Positions 60,950 through 64,000 of a DNA stretch of 64,000 nucleotides are shown one piece after another (the stretch's first letter is position 1; each line of letters starts with the position of its first letter). A program made the position numbers and the translations under genes. Below the pieces are notes generated by a model that did no database searches, was not told the origin of the DNA, and was given only the letters and a program-made list of their open reading frames with translations. This DNA comes from Squalus acanthias (taxonomy: Eukaryota). The stretch lies in the NCBI GenBank assembly GCA_030390025.1, contig CM059432.1, positions 142,230,001-142,294,000 of the forward strand, written 5' to 3'.

Positions 60950-61262
60950 ACTGCCCCAAAGCGCTTTAGAACCAATGCTTTACCTGTGAAGTGCAGTCAT
61001 TGTTGATATGAAAGAAGACACTGCAGCCAAATTGGCGCACTGCAAGATCTCACAAACAGCAAGTGAGTGAACGACCAGATAATCTAATGTTTGGTGGTGT
61101 AGCTCGAGGGAGGAATGTTGGCTCGGGACACCAGGAGAATTCCTTTCTCTTCTTTCAACAACGTCATGGGATTATTTATGTCCACGTGAGCTGGCAGACA
61201 GGAACCTTGGTTTAACATCTCCTCTGGTAGACGGGGCCTCTGATATCGCAGGACTCCCTCAG
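60950..61262 (-). mobile_element. Older Deu-type SINE
   Basis: Diverged match to the consensus. Confidence 0.7.
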
Positions 61263-61770
61263 CAAAAGAAGCTGAAAAATGAAATTACATCAATCAAATT
61301 TAAATGCTTCCACCTCAGCTGATTGTCATGATAGTAATAAAAAAACAAACAGATCTTCTGGCTTCTCCTGTTGTTAACGAGTTTTGCTAAACATTCTTTA
61401 ATAAAGATAATACCCTGTTAACAAAGCTACGACTTACATACGAACTGGCACCTTTCAAATGTGCAGTGGCATAAATCCAGACAACCGTACACAAGAGAAC
61501 AGCTAACACAGGCCGATACAATACTTCGGAGTTTGATTCCCACGCTCTGAGAAGAATCAAAAATCTCAGCGGCAAGGTTTCTTGCAGACGGAGCAGTTAA
61601 ACTTTGCTCCACAGAAAAATTACTTAACAATGAAAAGGAAATAATAGAGATATCCATGGTAACAAATCAATACTGGAAGGGTCTATTAGATAAGAGCACC
61701 GAACTAAAAAGTTGTAACTCGCAGGTTAACGGAGCTGGAAGAATATGGCACCAAAACAGGTGGGAGCAGG

Positions 61771-62125
61771 TCAACAACAACAACAACTTGTATTTATATA
61801 TAGCGCCTTTTAACGTAGCAAAAGTGTCCCAAGGCTTCACAGGAGCGATTATCGACCAAAATTTGACACCGAGCCACATAGAGATATTAGAGCAGGTGGC
61901 CAAAAGCTTGGTCAAAGAGGTAGGTTTCAAGGAACGTCTTAAAAGAAGGAGAGAGAGGTAGCGAGGCGGAGATTTCCAGAACCAAGGCAGCTGAAGGCAC
62001 GGCCGCCAATGGTGGGACAAAGGAAATTGGGGATGCTCAACAGATCAGAATTGGAGGAGCGCAGAGATCTCGGAAGGTTGTAGGACTGGAGGAGGTTACA
62101 GAGATAGGGAGGGGGGCGAGGCCAT
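61771..62125 (-). mobile_element. L2 LINE 3' fragment
   Basis: Same family. Confidence 0.82.
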
Positions 62126-62692
62126 GAACATAAGAATGAACGTAAGACGGATTTGAACATAAGAATGAGAATAGATCACTGTTACTCCGTGTAGATCATG
62201 CTGAGCTATCCCTGAAATACAGGAAACTGTTGGATATGGGGAGTAACTGTCAAAATACCATCCAATGTATCTACACCAGCAGCTCTCAAGATGCGAGGTG
62301 TTACCTGAAGCAGAGACTTTGAACAGGAATGTAAAAAAGTAGGTCTCGTCCGATGGAACCTGAGAGAGCAGGGGAATGAAAATTTAGTAACGGCCTCTGA
62401 CTCTCTGCCGCTGGGCTGGTGTAACCTCATCGAAAGTGCGTCAGAAACCTTGCTGACACGCGTGTAAATGAGGAGGGGGGATTTTAACTCACTCCACTGG
62501 GTGAGAACGGAACGGGCTGAGCAGTTAAAATGGAGAGGCTCCATTTCCCGCTGCGTTCCCGCTGGATTCAGACGGGGGGACCGTGTTGCGAATATGCTAA
62601 TCGGGGTCCCGTGACGTCAATTCTGAAGCGGGGTGTGGTGGGGGAACACGCAGGCAGCTGGTCTGAAGACAGAAGAGTCCCTTCTGGTAAGT

Positions 62693-63366
62693 ATCATAGA
62701 TTCATACAGCACGGAAGGAGGCCATTCGGCCCATCGTGCCTGTGCCGGCTCTTTGAAAGAGCTATCCAATTAGCCCCACTCCCCCTGCTCTTTCCCCATT
62801 GACCTGCAAATTTTTTCCTTTTCAAGTATTTATCCAATTCCCTTTTGAAAGTTATTATTGAATCTGCTTCCACCGCCCTTTCAGGCAGCGCGTCCAGATC
62901 ACAACAACTCGCTGCGTAGAAAAAAAAATTCTCTGGTTCCTTTGCCAATGATCTTAAATCTGTGTCCTCTGGTTACCGACCCTCCTGCCAGTGGAAACAG
63001 TTTCTCCCTATCCACTCAATCAAAACCCTTCATCGTTTTGAACACTTCTGTATAATCTCCCCTTAACCTCCTCTGCTCCAAAGAAAGAAAGAAAGACTTG
63101 CATTTATACAGCGCCTTTCACGACCACCGGACGTCTCAAAGTGCTTTACAGTCAATGAAGTACTTTTGAAGTGGAGTCACTGTTGTAAGGAGAACAATCC
63201 CGTCTTCTCAGTCTCTCCACATAACTGAAGTCCCTCTATCCCCGGAACCATTCTAGTAAATCTCCTCTGCGCCCTCGCCAAGGCCTTGAAGTCCTTCCTA
63301 AAGTACAGCGCCCAGAATTGGGCACATTACCCCAGCTGGGGCCGAACCCAGTCATTTATAAAAGGT
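62693..63366 (-). mobile_element. CR1 3' fragment with a SINE tail inserted at about 63082-63188
   Basis: CR1 3'UTR and ORF2 end interrupted by the SINE 3' end. Confidence 0.85.
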
Positions 63367-64000
63367 TTAGCTTTTGCATTTAATAATGAAGCTTCCGCTT
63401 GCTTCAGAGGGGAGCCTCAAACGCCAGCCCGGAAAATGGAGTGAGGGCCGAGACTCGGCATCGAGCACCGGTGTCACTCCTTTTTGCCAGATGTCATAGT
63501 TTGGGATGGCCCACCTGCACCCAAAACCGATGGGGTTTACCAGATGCAATAAAAACCCAACAATGCAGCTCCCCCCGCAGTGAATGCATCAGCCCACCCA
63601 CCCCGCAATCTTCTTCGGAACACAGCAACAGCAGAAGCCCACTCAGCCCCTCGAGCCTGTCCCACCATTCAATTAGATCATGGCTGATCTGCATCTCAAC
63701 TCCATCTATCCGCCTTGGTTCCGTCACCCTAAATACCCTTTGCCTAACAATCTATCAATCTCATTTTTGACATTTTCAATTGACCCTCAGCATCAACACC
63801 TTTTTGGGGGAGAGAGTTCGAGATTTCCACCACCCTTTGTGTCAGAAAGAAGGGAGAGTGCTACCTACCATTGAGCCAAACCGACAACTTGCTTGCCAAT
63901 AACTGGCCAAACATGATTAGCTTCTGCATCTGTTAGTGCTTTCAGAGTGACAGCCCAATTAGTCAATTAGACCGATTATGGGGCTATTTATCTGAAATGA

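Overview
Eukaryotic, repeat-dense vertebrate DNA, most likely a shark or other chondrichthyan (inferred from SacSINE1/Deu-type SINEs and abundant CR1, L2 and Penelope elements). Positions 1896-36540 carry the last 16 coding exons of CNOT10 (CCR4-NOT subunit 10) on the + strand. They splice by GT-AG into one open 646-aa frame ending in TGA at 36538-36540; the N-terminal exons lie upstream of the window and the 3'UTR runs to about 38.0 kb. I found no other gene I can support; nearly all other ORFs are transposon fragments or minisatellite artefacts. The most striking unexplained structure is a family of Penelope-like element (PLE) insertions in the CNOT10 introns (about 22.9, 27.2, 33.0 and 34.9 kb). 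Each has a 12-13 bp target-site duplication (TSD), the same 3' terminus and a minimal hammerhead ribozyme (CUGACGA..GAAA-GC-UU). Three of the four are fold-back palindromes carrying the motif on both strands. A second PLE family carries a related hammerhead (GAAA-CG-UH). Also notable: an antisense ERV-like solo LTR in a three-level nest, a 31-kb-distant duplication resembling a CR1 3' transduction, a minisatellite abutting a duplicated splice donor, and a Harbinger-type MITE. Repeat boundaries are read by eye and approximate unless TSDs are given.
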